Shown: piece by piece, positions 1-9,859 of the stretch
Numbering within the stretch: the first letter of the stretch is position 1
Layout of the letters: each line of letters opens with the position of its first letter
Source: a virus
Taxonomy: Duplodnaviria > Caudoviricetes
Virus record (IMG/VR): IMGVR_UViG_2595698902_000001
Coordinates: 160,001 to 224,000 of that record
Direction: 5' to 3' (one strand)
Length of the DNA: 64,000 bases
The notes under the pieces: generated by a model
Seen by the model: only the letters and a program-made list of their open reading frames with translations
Told to the model about the DNA's origin: nothing
Databases searched by the model: none
Program-made: the position numbers and the translations under genes

Positions 1-1
1 T

Positions 2-208
2 GTTGAGCCTATCAAACTGGGCGAACCTGTCGATATGCTGCATGCGGATGAATTGTGGTCGTACTTGGCGGTCCCTGAATACCCGGCGCCGCACTACGAC
101 GGCATTGCCGTTAGCGAACATGGTGTTAGCTCTTTGGGTGACAAATTCAAAGATGCAGATATCGCCTACGTTCCTCTGCATCCACAACAAATCCATTTGG
201 TGAAATAA
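2..208 (+). CDS. 3' end of a gene truncated by the window edge; possible ART-PolyVal-like ADP-ribosyltransferase C-terminus
   Basis: Frame 2 (not in the ORF track) is open from base 2: VEPIKLGEPVDMLHADELWSYLAVPEYPAPHYDGIAVSEHG...IAYVPLHPQQIHLVK*. Its TAA overlaps the next ATG (TAATG). The YDGI...YVxxxPxQI pattern resembles ART-PolyVal C-termini. Confidence 0.6.
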   Translation, partial: VEPIKLGEPVDMLHADELWSYLAVPEYPAPHYDGIAVSEHGVSSLGDKFKDADIAYVPLHPQQIHLVK

Positions 209-1124
209 TGAAAATCCAGCTGGCTGTTGCTGGATCGTCCGTGCTCTATCATTTGATCTACATGGAGCACGCGATTACAGCGCTGAAAAACGACAAGTTC
301 AAACTGGCCCCGGTTAATGAGGGCATCGAATCAGAGTTCGGTACTGCCCAGTATTTCCTGAGTCTGGCGCGTTCTAAGCATTCCGATTACTTCCTAAAAG
401 AGGCTGGTGATACCCACGTCGTTTTCGTGCTCGACGGGCAGAAAATGAATGCGAATTACCAGATCAAGGCCGTCGATTACTGGCACAAGCAGGCATTCGT
501 CGATGACGACGAAAAAGAAGATCGCCTGTTCGCAAACAAAATGTACATTCCGTGCATTCGCTACATCAAAGAAATCCACTTCATGAAAGAAAATCCGAAG
601 TGGAAGGTTAACGACTCGCTAACGCTGGCACTGCTAGCCAAACGTGCTGGGATTCCGCTGTTCCAGTATTCCAGCATGAACGCTTTCCGCATGTTGGATA
701 AACGCAAGACAATCAAACTTGAAGTTTCTGACAAAAAGAAACGCAAGTTCGGCACCAAAGTTTCCCAACCGTACACGACCGGCGAACTGGAGGCGTGGTA
801 CGTTGCATCGCAAATTGTTTTTAAAGGCAGCGAAACGCATTACACGCAATACCTGAAAGGCGCCCGCACCAAGCAAGAACAAAGCAGCCGCGATATGATT
901 GCCCGTCGTATCAAAACGATGATCAGCATGCACGACGTTGGCAGCCAGCCGGTGCGCGATTTCAACCGGCTGCTGGATGCTGCCAAGGAAGGGCCAGACT
1001 ACAATTCCTTGAGAAAATTAAACGTGTCAAACGTAGGCTGCGCGTCGATACCAAAGGCTTTTTGGATTATGTGCGCAAGCGCTGGATGACGCCCGAAGAA
1101 CGCGAACTACATGGACTAGAATAA
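208..1124 (+). CDS. ADP-ribosyltransferase-like protein with MKIQLAVA leader (apparent frameshift near 988-1000; uncorrected ORF ends at 1089)
   Basis: LYH...YFLSLARS...VFVLDG...VDYW...EKEDR resembles the H/S/ExE ART-fold motifs. The -1 frame continues LQFLEKIKRVKRR...ELHGLE* to a TAATG coupling with the next gene. Confidence 0.6.
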
Positions 1125-3053
1125 TGCGAATTCAACTCGCAGTAGCGGCGGTGCCTTTGAGTATCGCCCGCCCATACGTCAAAGGATGGAACCGGTTCGG
1201 TATTGGCGTGCAGGCCGTCCGCCGAACCATGCCGAAAGGAACCCGAGGCTATAACAAAGGGTATCGCCTGTATCTGCCGATCAAACCGGGAAAACGACCA
1301 AAAGTTGTGGTGCCGAAATTCATTGATCGAGCTATTTCTTCTGCTGGTTACAGAGTCGAGGATTACATTACCGGCATTGCGGTGGACATGGCCGGTAAGC
1401 GTCGAATAAAAATCGGCAAATTGCTCAAAGACGAAGAGCTGCGCAATCAGTTTGCAAACGACCCGCAGCGCGCTGCATTCAAAAACGATTATGTCTGTGT
1501 GATTTCCGCGCATCCTTACGATGTAATCGGTATGTCTACCGGTCGCCGCTGGGACGATACTTCCTGTATGAGATTGGCGCAGCCGGGTGTGCGCGGTGGC
1601 GCTTTCCAATCCACAGTCAAACACGACGTTGCCGAGGGCACGTTGGTTGCCTACGCGATTTCCCCGAACGATAAAAATATCAACAAACCGCATGGCCGTT
1701 TGTTGATTAAACCGTTCTACGATGAACACCGCAATATTCTGTTCCGCGTAGAAACCACGGTCTATGGTACGCCGGTTCCGGGCTTTGTCGAGACGGTGCA
1801 GCGCTGGCTGAAAAAGGTTAACAAAGACGCAGCGCAAGGCATTTACAAAATTGCGGATGGCCTTTACGACGATGGCGTCGGCGAAGCGTTTATCAACGTT
1901 GACGTAGATAAAAAGTCGGATGCAGAGTTGCTTGATTATTGGCGGAAATCCGACCACGCAGATCGCCGGATGCTGATGCGTTCTGATATTCGCTGGGCAA
2001 AACCTGCAATTCTTTTGACCATTGAGAATAATCAGGACGATCTAGACGGCTTGTCCTACGCGCTTGCGACCGTGTTGACCAGAAGCCATATTCTCTATGA
2101 TCAACCAACCTCCAAAAAGATTGCGAAAATCATAGACGAGGTTATGCCAGAAGACGTTGCACAACAGCTGATGTTGGAAATGCTGTCGCACGGTGGCGAA
2201 AAGGTGGTGAGATATTCCACCAAACTCAAGGCCGCAGCAGACACGTACTATGCGTATGATCCTAACAAGAAATTGCGACTTAGTGTGGCGGTGCAGTACG
2301 CCGCTTATGATCCGCGTTTCCTTGGCAACGTTGAAAGCCTTACTTCCGACGACGCACGCGGTATCTCTGGATTGGCACGGTCGTTTATTCGCGGCTCTTC
2401 CAAAGATACAAAAGAATTCCGCCGCTCCAAAATGGAAGGCTCTAAGCTTCTACGCAGGACGCTGGCTGTAATTGCCGCTGCGCTGATGAAAATTCCAAAG
2501 TCGCACAAAGACAAAGGCGAGCACATTGAGAAAATGGCGCGTTGGTTTAAAACCGACGAATTCTACGACGCTCAAGTGTGGAAAGTTCTACAGACTCGCG
2601 CCCTCGGTATGGTTAGCCGCAGCATCGACATAAGCAGCGGCAACCTCGCTGTCGGTTTGTGTGCTCTTGACGATTCGTGGCCGCGCCAGATTAACGAACT
2701 GGTCGAATCCACCGAGTACATCGAAGAAAGCCCCGAAGCGATGCAAAACGTTTGCAATTGCCGCAACACTGCCGCGCAAGGGCAATTGATCGTTAAGCTT
2801 CAAGCTGGTGGTTATATACGCGATCCCGGCTGGCTGCGCGAACATTCGTACATTATCGGCTTGTTGGAAACCATCGTCAAAGACGAAGATGGCGAATGGG
2901 ATGGCACCCGTATCCAGACAATGGCGCGCAATTCGCTGGATAAACTTGCCAAAGTCGCGCCAGCAAATGGAAGACATTTTCAACGAACTGAAAGACGCCG
3001 GATTTGATGACGAAGAGGACGACGAAAACGGCCTCTTCGATGATGAGGATTAA
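1124..3053 (+). CDS. Putative internal virion protein, paralogue 1 of the HPYD-MSTGR-SCM family (apparent frameshift near 2951; uncorrected ORF ends at 3007)
   Basis: MRIQLAVAA leader and an N-terminal domain shared with the genes at 3063 and 5797. The +1 frame gives an acidic tail ending at 3053, just before the next RBS. Confidence 0.75.
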
Positions 3054-3062
3054 GGGGAACCT

Positions 3063-5726
3063 ATGAAAATTCAACTAGCCACCGCAGCCGTAGCCTTACG
3101 CACTGCAATTCGCTACAGCAAAAACTGGAATAAAAACTCGCCGACCGTGCGCCTGTTGCAGTCGATGATGCCCGATGTTCCCGGCCAGAAAAAAGGTTAT
3201 CGTTATTACATCGACCTGAAACGCGATAACAAGCACTATTCGATTCCGCCTGCTGTAAGAAGCGCGGTGAAAAATGCCGGTTTTGTTATCACTGATTACC
3301 TCGCCAAGAAATGCGTAAAGGCCTCCGACAAAGAGCAGAAAAACGTATTCAACATTGGCAAGGTTATCGCCAAAGACCCGCACGCCAAAGCCGCGTTCGA
3401 CAACGATCCGCAATTGCAGAACAGTAAAACCAGCGAAATCAAAATCGTTGTTTCCTGCCACCCATACGACATTATCGGTATGTCCACTGGCCGGGACTGG
3501 GATAAACAATCCTGTATGCGACTCGACGACGGATATCGAAACGTCGGTGACGCTGGCGCCTACCACAGACATGTAGAGCACGACGTGGCCGAGGGCACAT
3601 TGGTGGCGTATGCAATTCGCGCCTCCGATACCAATATTCAAAAGCCGCTGGGCCGTTGCCTGATTAAACCTTTCCTGAATTCGGACGGGTACGAAGAGGG
3701 TGGTGAACATCACATTTTATTCCGTCGCGAAACTGCTATTTACGGAAACGGCGTGCCGGGTTTTGGTCGCGCATTAAATCTGTTTTTGCATAAACTGAAT
3801 GCCAAGGTTCCGTCCGGGTATTATGAGCGTGTACAGAGTCTGTACGATGACGGCGTAGGCGATGACCATCACCACGACGCTGACAGAGCACAAAGCGACA
3901 AAATCGCCGTGAGTGATGTTGTAGAAGATAATCGTTTGATTATCCCATACATGGATCAGATATTTGAGGAAGATGCTTCGGTGCGAGAGGCGTTAGCGCC
4001 CCTGCGAATGAAAGGTCTTGAGCTGCACGATACGGAAGTTACACATCTTGCCGGAATGTTCCGAGAAGATGATGAAGTAAAAGACGAATTGGATTATCTG
4101 ATTCGCAGCGGTCAAGCCACGACTGCGATTTACAAGCTGGCAAAAGCGTTGGACCTTACCCATAAGAATCAGCCATCTAACTATCGCGATATGTCCCGCA
4201 ACGAGCTTGTCGGCCAAGCGACGCTGAAAGACGAAAAAGCGATGGTGGAAATCCTGAATCGTTTGAATAACGAAGAGACTTCCAAATCTGATGCGGATAT
4301 GATTTATACCAGCTGGTGCAAATCCCGCCTGCCTCTGCCGTCGGCTGATCTACTGCTGAAATATCCAAAGGTTACAGTGAAGCTGGCAAGTCTCGCTAAA
4401 GCCAGTATGAACCTGCGTGCCTTCTTTGATGATGGCGACTTTGACGAATTCGCTTTTGCTTTCCGTGACCTGAATGTCGATCCGGCTTCCTACGGCGATC
4501 ACCGCCCGGAACCGGAAGATTTGCTGAATATGATGTACGCGATTGGTCACTACGAGCTGGCGCTGTGCTGCATCTACGAAGAGTACAAATGGTTGGGCGT
4601 CGTGATTTACGACACGGTAAACCACGACTACGCCGACCGCTTCGACAACCGCAAATTGTACCGCGCATTCAGCAAATTGTCCGATTCCAATATGGACGAT
4701 TACATGGATCGTATACGTGAGAAAATCTTTGAACGCATTATGGCGGGCAGCCGCCTCCAGTTCAAAGACGCAAAACCAGACGTACTGGCGCAGTATCTGA
4801 ACGATCCTGATTTGCTGCGTAACAAGGATCGGTGGGAACCTACGCACATTCATCGTTTGATTGATTTCAGCCTGCCACTAGCCATGATGCTGGACATTCC
4901 GAACGACAGTCTACTGCCTCGCGTTTTGCCTGAGTATTACAAGGCCTTGGTTGCCTACGAAGGCGAGCCGCTGGAAGTCCAATCGGTAAGCATGGAATGG
5001 GCAATGCAGCTGCTAGTTTACGCTAACAAGCTGACCAAAGAAAAACCGGATATTGCCAGCAAGATTGCCGAGTTTGAACCGCTTGATACCGCCACCCTGA
5101 TTGAGAAATATCGGGTACGTAATGCGAAGACATACAACTACGAAAAAACCCTTGCTGCTTTCTGCCTAAGTCTGAAAATCGGCCAAGCTGTAGACGGAGA
5201 ACGCCTTAGCGTGATGGACGATCCGGTCTATATGGCAACGGATTTCGATACTGCGGTTATTACCGCACCTCCGCATAAACTGGCGGAAAACATCCACACA
5301 ATTCTCAACAATCTCATTGAGCGTTCGGATATTCGTCAAATTGTGCGGATGCTGGAAACCGTATCGGAGTCCCTGAATTACCAGCCGGATTTCACGTCGC
5401 CCGACGACTACGCCAACGATAAAATGGAAGAAGAAGTCGTAGACGATTTCGACTACCATATTGTTCGTGAGCAATACGAAGAGGAAGGCCGCGATAGACT
5501 GGAAACTGAACTTGCGGCATTCAGGAAAGTTGCCGAGGCCCACGAAACCCTGCGCGAATTCGTTGGTTACGATGATTCCGAAGAAACATTGGATGTAGAT
5601 TTGCCAAACGTTTCTAAGGAAGATTTGGATCAGGCAGGCGGCGATATTTCCATGCTCATTCAAACCGTCAATGGCAACCAATACAGCATTGATGACTCGA
5701 TTATCGAAGCCGAAGGTATGCTGTAA
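3063..5726 (+). CDS. Putative internal virion protein, paralogue 2 of the HPYD-MSTGR-SCM family, acidic C-terminus
   Basis: 887-aa ORF with RBS GGGGA, MKIQLATAA leader and SCHPYDIIGMSTGRDWDKQSCMRL...EGTLVAYAI...GRCLIKPF. Confidence 0.85.
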   Translation: MKIQLATAAVALRTAIRYSKNWNKNSPTVRLLQSMMPDVPGQKKGYRYYIDLKRDNKHYSIPPAVRSAVKNAGFVITDYLAKKCVKASDKEQKNVFNIGKVIAKDPHAKAAFDNDPQLQNSKTSEIKIVVSCHPYDIIGMSTGRDWDKQSCMRLDDGYRNVGDAGAYHRHVEHDVAEGTLVAYAIRASDTNIQKPLGRCLIKPFLNSDGYEEGGEHHILFRRETAIYGNGVPGFGRALNLFLHKLNAKVPSGYYERVQSLYDDGVGDDHHHDADRAQSDKIAVSDVVEDNRLIIPYMDQIFEEDASVREALAPLRMKGLELHDTEVTHLAGMFREDDEVKDELDYLIRSGQATTAIYKLAKALDLTHKNQPSNYRDMSRNELVGQATLKDEKAMVEILNRLNNEETSKSDADMIYTSWCKSRLPLPSADLLLKYPKVTVKLASLAKASMNLRAFFDDGDFDEFAFAFRDLNVDPASYGDHRPEPEDLLNMMYAIGHYELALCCIYEEYKWLGVVIYDTVNHDYADRFDNRKLYRAFSKLSDSNMDDYMDRIREKIFERIMAGSRLQFKDAKPDVLAQYLNDPDLLRNKDRWEPTHIHRLIDFSLPLAMMLDIPNDSLLPRVLPEYYKALVAYEGEPLEVQSVSMEWAMQLLVYANKLTKEKPDIASKIAEFEPLDTATLIEKYRVRNAKTYNYEKTLAAFCLSLKIGQAVDGERLSVMDDPVYMATDFDTAVITAPPHKLAENIHTILNNLIERSDIRQIVRMLETVSESLNYQPDFTSPDDYANDKMEEEVVDDFDYHIVREQYEEEGRDRLETELAAFRKVAEAHETLREFVGYDDSEETLDVDLPNVSKEDLDQAGGDISMLIQTVNGNQYSIDDSIIEAEGML
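3324..3380 (+). repeat. 57-bp exact direct repeat, copy 1 (copy 2 at 6070-6126)
   Basis: TCCGACAAAGAGCAGAAAAACGTATTCAACATTGGCAAGGTTATCGCCAAAGACCCG is identical in both paralogues. Confidence 0.9.
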
Positions 5727-5748
5727 AACAATAATTTGATAGTAAACC

Positions 5749-5778
5749 AAGGGGATTTGGCGACAAGTCCCCTTTCTT
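5749..5778 (+). terminator. Intergenic hairpin or Rho-independent terminator
   Basis: AAGGGGATTTG-GCGA-CAAGTCCCCTT followed by TCTTT. Confidence 0.6.
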
Positions 5779-5796
5779 TACATTAGGGACGCACAA

Positions 5797-8496
5797 ATGA
5801 AAATTGCGCTCGATTTTATGGGCACCGCAGCCGTTTCTATGCGTAGCGCGTTGAAGTACCGCCGCAATTGGAACAAGGAAAGCCCAACCGTAAAGCTTTT
5901 GCGCACACTGATGCCAAAAGGCTCAAAAGGTTTTCGTGTTTATTCCCCTATCGGCGCAGGTGCCCACGTTAACCATAACGTTCCCCGTGTTCCGGTCGCT
6001 GTGCGTTTAGCCGTACAGCGCGCAGGTTTCCGCATTACCGATTACCTTGCAAAGAAGTGCGTTAAACGTTCCGACAAAGAGCAGAAAAACGTATTCAACA
6101 TTGGCAAGGTTATCGCCAAAGACCCGGTGGCGAAGGCAGCATTCGACAATGACCCGCAGCTGCAAAACAGTTCGACTTCGGAATTTACGCTGGTTGTTTC
6201 GTGCCACCCATACGACATTATCGGTATGTCTACCGGTCGTGATTGGGATAACACTAGCTGTATGCGGTTAAAAGACGACCGCAAAGGCTATAGCGACGGC
6301 TTTAACTCGCGTTATCTTAATCACGATATCTCTGAGGGCACATTGGTTGCGTATGCAATTCGCTCCAATGACCAGAATATTACTGCACCACTGGGCCGGT
6401 GCCTGCTCAAGCCTTTCCTACGCACCGATGACGACGGCAAACAGCTGGTTATGTATCGTAGGGAAACCAAGATTTACGGCAACCCTGTTCCCGGTATGCC
6501 GGAAGCGTTAAGTGTATTTCTTCGCCGCCTGAATGCTGGCGTTCCGACCGGCACGTATTACATGAATTCCCTTCTGTATAACGACGGCGTGGCCGACGTG
6601 CATGAGCACGACGAAGAAAAAGAAGGCAGCAGTAAAATCGATTGGCTGCACGCCAACGAATATGAGATTTTCCGCGACCGTCCGCAAATGTTCCCAGCAT
6701 ACGTGGAATGGATGGTCAAAAACATTAAAGCTGGCGAGGCCCCGGCCAGCAGCGCGGAAACGATGATCGTCACCTTTGCCGAAAACGTTCCGGCCCGCTA
6801 CGTCAAGCAAGCGGCACGCATGATTGATGATCGCGATTTGCTGATTGCGTTTGCTGACCATATGGTGCTTTCGTCCAGTGGCTCTGACGCGAAAACCTAT
6901 AGCAAATTCTGTGCGTCCAAAACTTTCCGCAAACGCTTGGCAGCTGTTGCCGACGAAGCCTATATGCCGGAAAGCTACGCTGTCCTGTCGCACCTTTCCG
7001 CGAAGTATGCACATAAGTTCTTTGAAGAAGAGAAAAGCCGTGGGGCACTAGACGACCACCGCGATTTGGTTAATCTGGCAATGAATACCATTTATGGTTA
7101 CAACAGCCTGACCAAAACCGACATTGAATCGCTGCCGATGCTGCATTCTCTTGTTTATCACTTTGCCAATTATGTGCGCGCCGCGTCCGTTTATGGCATG
7201 ACTGATTATCAGGAAAACGCGCACAAATACCTGTCGATTCTGGCCGAGCCGCAGCCGCTGCCAATCGAAGCTTATGTGTCTTTGCTGGATTACCTCCGAG
7301 ACGATAAAGCAAACGCGCCTATCCTGTTTGCGATGCTCATGGAAGCGATCAAAAACGACAAAGCAAATCAAATTGATTTGTGCCTGACTAGCGGCTTCGA
7401 CACTAAGCTTATGGCGTCGTGCTTGTACGAACGTCGTATGCGCCGCGCCTTGCTGAATCAGCGGAAAAACCTGAGTGCAAAAGGCGCAGAAATGCTGGCC
7501 GATGGCGTTGCGCAGGTTTATACGGATAGCGACGAAGACGAAAACCACAACGCGACCAGCGCGGCCCGCGAACTGACTGCCTACATTCAGAAAAATACGT
7601 TCGATGCTGTGTCGGCAGAAAACGCCCGCACCTTGCAATACAGCGCGCCAGAACTTATTCCGTATCTGTTTGCATCCGGTGTGCAGATCGACCGTGAAAA
7701 CGTCCTGACTGTGTTGGGCAATCAAATGTTTGCGAGGGCTGCTAGAAACATGCCGCGCAACGAGTCGAACAAAAACATCCTGAAAATCGCCGATACCTTT
7801 GTGGGTATTATTTCACCAAACACGGATTTCCAACGCAGAAGGAAAGATCGTCCAGAACCGAGTGACGAATTCCCAGCCGTGGTGGACCCGGAGGTTTTGG
7901 AGCTGATTCGTAAATCGCTGAACGATTTGCCCGCCTACACTTACGACCTAGACAAATACCCGCAGTTGTACAGCACGCAATTCTACAAGGAAGAGCGCCC
8001 GAACCTTTACACTCTGTACACGTCGGGCAAGCTGCAATCTGTGCTAAAACATATGGATTCGGAAGAGTCCGTAGCACTGATGCGTGCGATTGCTAGCGAT
8101 CTTTCTGGTTTATCGCCAGTGCTCGCAACCATGCGTAACGATGATCGAATGCTGGCCGATTCCTACGCCATGACGCAGCTGATGGGCCTTATGCGTTCGG
8201 CTAGTAAATCCGAGGCGATTGATGAATCCGCAAAAACGGTGCAATCCATTGTAAACGCTGTGCGTAATCTGGAAGCGATGGTGCGTGACGTATTCCCACC
8301 AGTTGGCGCGCATATCGACCAATGGCGCAAAGTTGTTCCACAGCTGGCTGATGCGGAATATCCGTTTGCAGATATCGCCGTAAAAGACATGCTGGAAGGC
8401 GTGCAATCGTTGAAGAAACAGACACGGATTTTTGAATTGCTCGATTCCGAGCTGGCGCAATACTACCCGGACGATTGGCCGAAGGTGACTGCATGA
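5797..8496 (+). CDS. Putative internal virion protein, paralogue 3 of the HPYD-MSTGR-SCM family
   Basis: 899-aa ORF starting MKIALDFMGTAAV, with the same N-terminal domain and an unrelated helical C-terminus. Confidence 0.85.
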   Translation: MKIALDFMGTAAVSMRSALKYRRNWNKESPTVKLLRTLMPKGSKGFRVYSPIGAGAHVNHNVPRVPVAVRLAVQRAGFRITDYLAKKCVKRSDKEQKNVFNIGKVIAKDPVAKAAFDNDPQLQNSSTSEFTLVVSCHPYDIIGMSTGRDWDNTSCMRLKDDRKGYSDGFNSRYLNHDISEGTLVAYAIRSNDQNITAPLGRCLLKPFLRTDDDGKQLVMYRRETKIYGNPVPGMPEALSVFLRRLNAGVPTGTYYMNSLLYNDGVADVHEHDEEKEGSSKIDWLHANEYEIFRDRPQMFPAYVEWMVKNIKAGEAPASSAETMIVTFAENVPARYVKQAARMIDDRDLLIAFADHMVLSSSGSDAKTYSKFCASKTFRKRLAAVADEAYMPESYAVLSHLSAKYAHKFFEEEKSRGALDDHRDLVNLAMNTIYGYNSLTKTDIESLPMLHSLVYHFANYVRAASVYGMTDYQENAHKYLSILAEPQPLPIEAYVSLLDYLRDDKANAPILFAMLMEAIKNDKANQIDLCLTSGFDTKLMASCLYERRMRRALLNQRKNLSAKGAEMLADGVAQVYTDSDEDENHNATSAARELTAYIQKNTFDAVSAENARTLQYSAPELIPYLFASGVQIDRENVLTVLGNQMFARAARNMPRNESNKNILKIADTFVGIISPNTDFQRRRKDRPEPSDEFPAVVDPEVLELIRKSLNDLPAYTYDLDKYPQLYSTQFYKEERPNLYTLYTSGKLQSVLKHMDSEESVALMRAIASDLSGLSPVLATMRNDDRMLADSYAMTQLMGLMRSASKSEAIDESAKTVQSIVNAVRNLEAMVRDVFPPVGAHIDQWRKVVPQLADAEYPFADIAVKDMLEGVQSLKKQTRIFELLDSELAQYYPDDWPKVTA
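6070..6126 (+). repeat. 57-bp exact direct repeat, copy 2
   Basis: Identical to 3324-3380. Confidence 0.9.
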
Positions 8497-8921
8497 AAAT
8501 TCAATTAGCTATTGCAACCGCTAGCGACGACATGAATGCGCGGGTTAGTACCGACGTGCGGGCAGTAATTGCCAAGTCGTACAGCTCGCTATTTTCCAAT
8601 GTATTTTATCAGGTGCTGGATATTCCCGACCGCAGCAAATCGGATATCCGTCTGGTAAAAGAAATGGAAGACGACTACATTCCTGTCGTGGTGACTGTCG
8701 AAGATCAAGACCATAACAAGGTCACGTTTGTTTTCGCGGCTCACCGGATGCAGCCAATGTTGGGTAACGCAAACCCAACTAGAGGCTGGCTGTTGCACGA
8801 AAATAAAGTCGATGAATTCACGCTGGAATCGCGAGTAATCAAGGTGCGCGGCATAGCGTTTGCAATTGCCGCAATGGTTGCCCGGCGTGCCTCCCGCTTT
8901 ATCGATTTTGGCAATAACTGA
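8493..8921 (+). CDS. Hypothetical protein with MKIQLAIATA leader
   Basis: The ATG at 8493 overlaps the upstream TGA (ATGA), and the leader motif fixes the start. Confidence 0.8.
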   Translation: MKIQLAIATASDDMNARVSTDVRAVIAKSYSSLFSNVFYQVLDIPDRSKSDIRLVKEMEDDYIPVVVTVEDQDHNKVTFVFAAHRMQPMLGNANPTRGWLLHENKVDEFTLESRVIKVRGIAFAIAAMVARRASRFIDFGNN

Positions 8922-9145
8922 TGAATATATTGCTCACCGTAGCCAAGTCCGGTTCTGCTGAGCGTTGGGACGCGTTGCCCTCTTCTGCTGAAAGATTTGA
9001 TAAGGCAAAAGAGGGCAGGGCGCTCAAAGCTAGTGGGAAAAAGAAATCGAAAAAGAAGCGCACACGTTCGGGCATAATTGACGCACCTACAACAGGTACG
9101 GAAATGCGCCAGACGGACGTTAGCTCAAGGGTAGGATTCCCCTAA
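8921..9145 (+). CDS. Small basic protein with MNILLTVA leader
   Basis: TGATG/TAATG coupling on both sides; Lys-rich. Confidence 0.7.
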   Translation: MNILLTVAKSGSAERWDALPSSAERFDKAKEGRALKASGKKKSKKKRTRSGIIDAPTTGTEMRQTDVSSRVGFP

Positions 9146-9402
9146 TGAAACTGACAATCAAAGGTCGCGCTCGCCAAGACGACACCACGGAAAACCCCAA
9201 GCATACTGGGGTTCGTGCTGCCGATTGGGAAGACGACGACAAAATGATCAAGAACATGCCGCCCGAAAAGAAGAAATCTTTGCTGCGAAATCAGCAAGAT
9301 ATTCCGAACAAAGGCGCGACCATGCCGCACGACTACATTGAGAAAATGCACGTCTCTAAATCGAACTGGCTTAGCCGGTTAGAGCGAGGGCGTGAACGAT
9401 GA
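9145..9402 (+). CDS. Small hypothetical protein
   Basis: Coupled to both neighbours; starts MKLTIKGRA. Confidence 0.7.
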   Translation: MKLTIKGRARQDDTTENPKHTGVRAADWEDDDKMIKNMPPEKKKSLLRNQQDIPNKGATMPHDYIEKMHVSKSNWLSRLERGRER

Positions 9403-9839
9403 AAATCATGCTTGCTGTTGCGTGCGGCCTGTGCAACGTCGAGATTCCAGAGGACGCGTTTTCTTACGTCGAACCGACTAAAGCTAAGCGCGTAAAAGGT
9501 ATCAGTGAGGACGCAGTAAAAAGCCTGCTGGACAACGAGCTGGCGCGTGCGTCTGATGCCACTTCAAAGCAGCAACACGCTGACCACAAAAAGGACGGCG
9601 CGCTGCAAAAGAAAGTGAAGACGGCACAAGATGCAAAGATGAAAAAGCAGCAAAGCTTGCGCGCTATGCAGTCACAGCTGGTTGCCCTCAACGGCAAGCG
9701 CCCAACTGATCCGAAAAAGATTCAGAATTGGACTAAACGCCGCCGCGCTTTAGCCGAAAAGATCACAGAGAAAAGAAACTCTATTCGCCTTTCCGATTCC
9801 CGTGTCGCTGGCATGAGAAAGGAAGTCCGTGAAAACTAA
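9399..9839 (+). CDS. Basic coiled-coil protein with MKIMLAVA leader
   Basis: ATGA coupling and a K/R/Q-rich helical C-terminal half. Confidence 0.75.
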   Translation: MKIMLAVACGLCNVEIPEDAFSYVEPTKAKRVKGISEDAVKSLLDNELARASDATSKQQHADHKKDGALQKKVKTAQDAKMKKQQSLRAMQSQLVALNGKRPTDPKKIQNWTKRRRALAEKITEKRNSIRLSDSRVAGMRKEVREN

Positions 9840-9859
9840 CGAATTGGAGACTGTTGCTC

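Noticed and set aside
3-203. 66-aa ORF in frame 3
   Set aside because: Frame 2 is open throughout, reads as a natural protein and couples to the next start; frame 3 is a shadow.
3324-6126. 57-bp repeat pair as a DGR template/variable repeat or att sites
   Set aside because: The copies are identical with no adenine-specific mismatches, sit at homologous coding positions, and no reverse transcriptase or integrase is seen in the window.
208-9420. MKIQLAxA leaders as Sec signal peptides
   Set aside because: The hydrophobic core is only about 5-6 residues, too short for signal peptidase substrates, and the proteins look cytoplasmic or nucleic-acid-binding.
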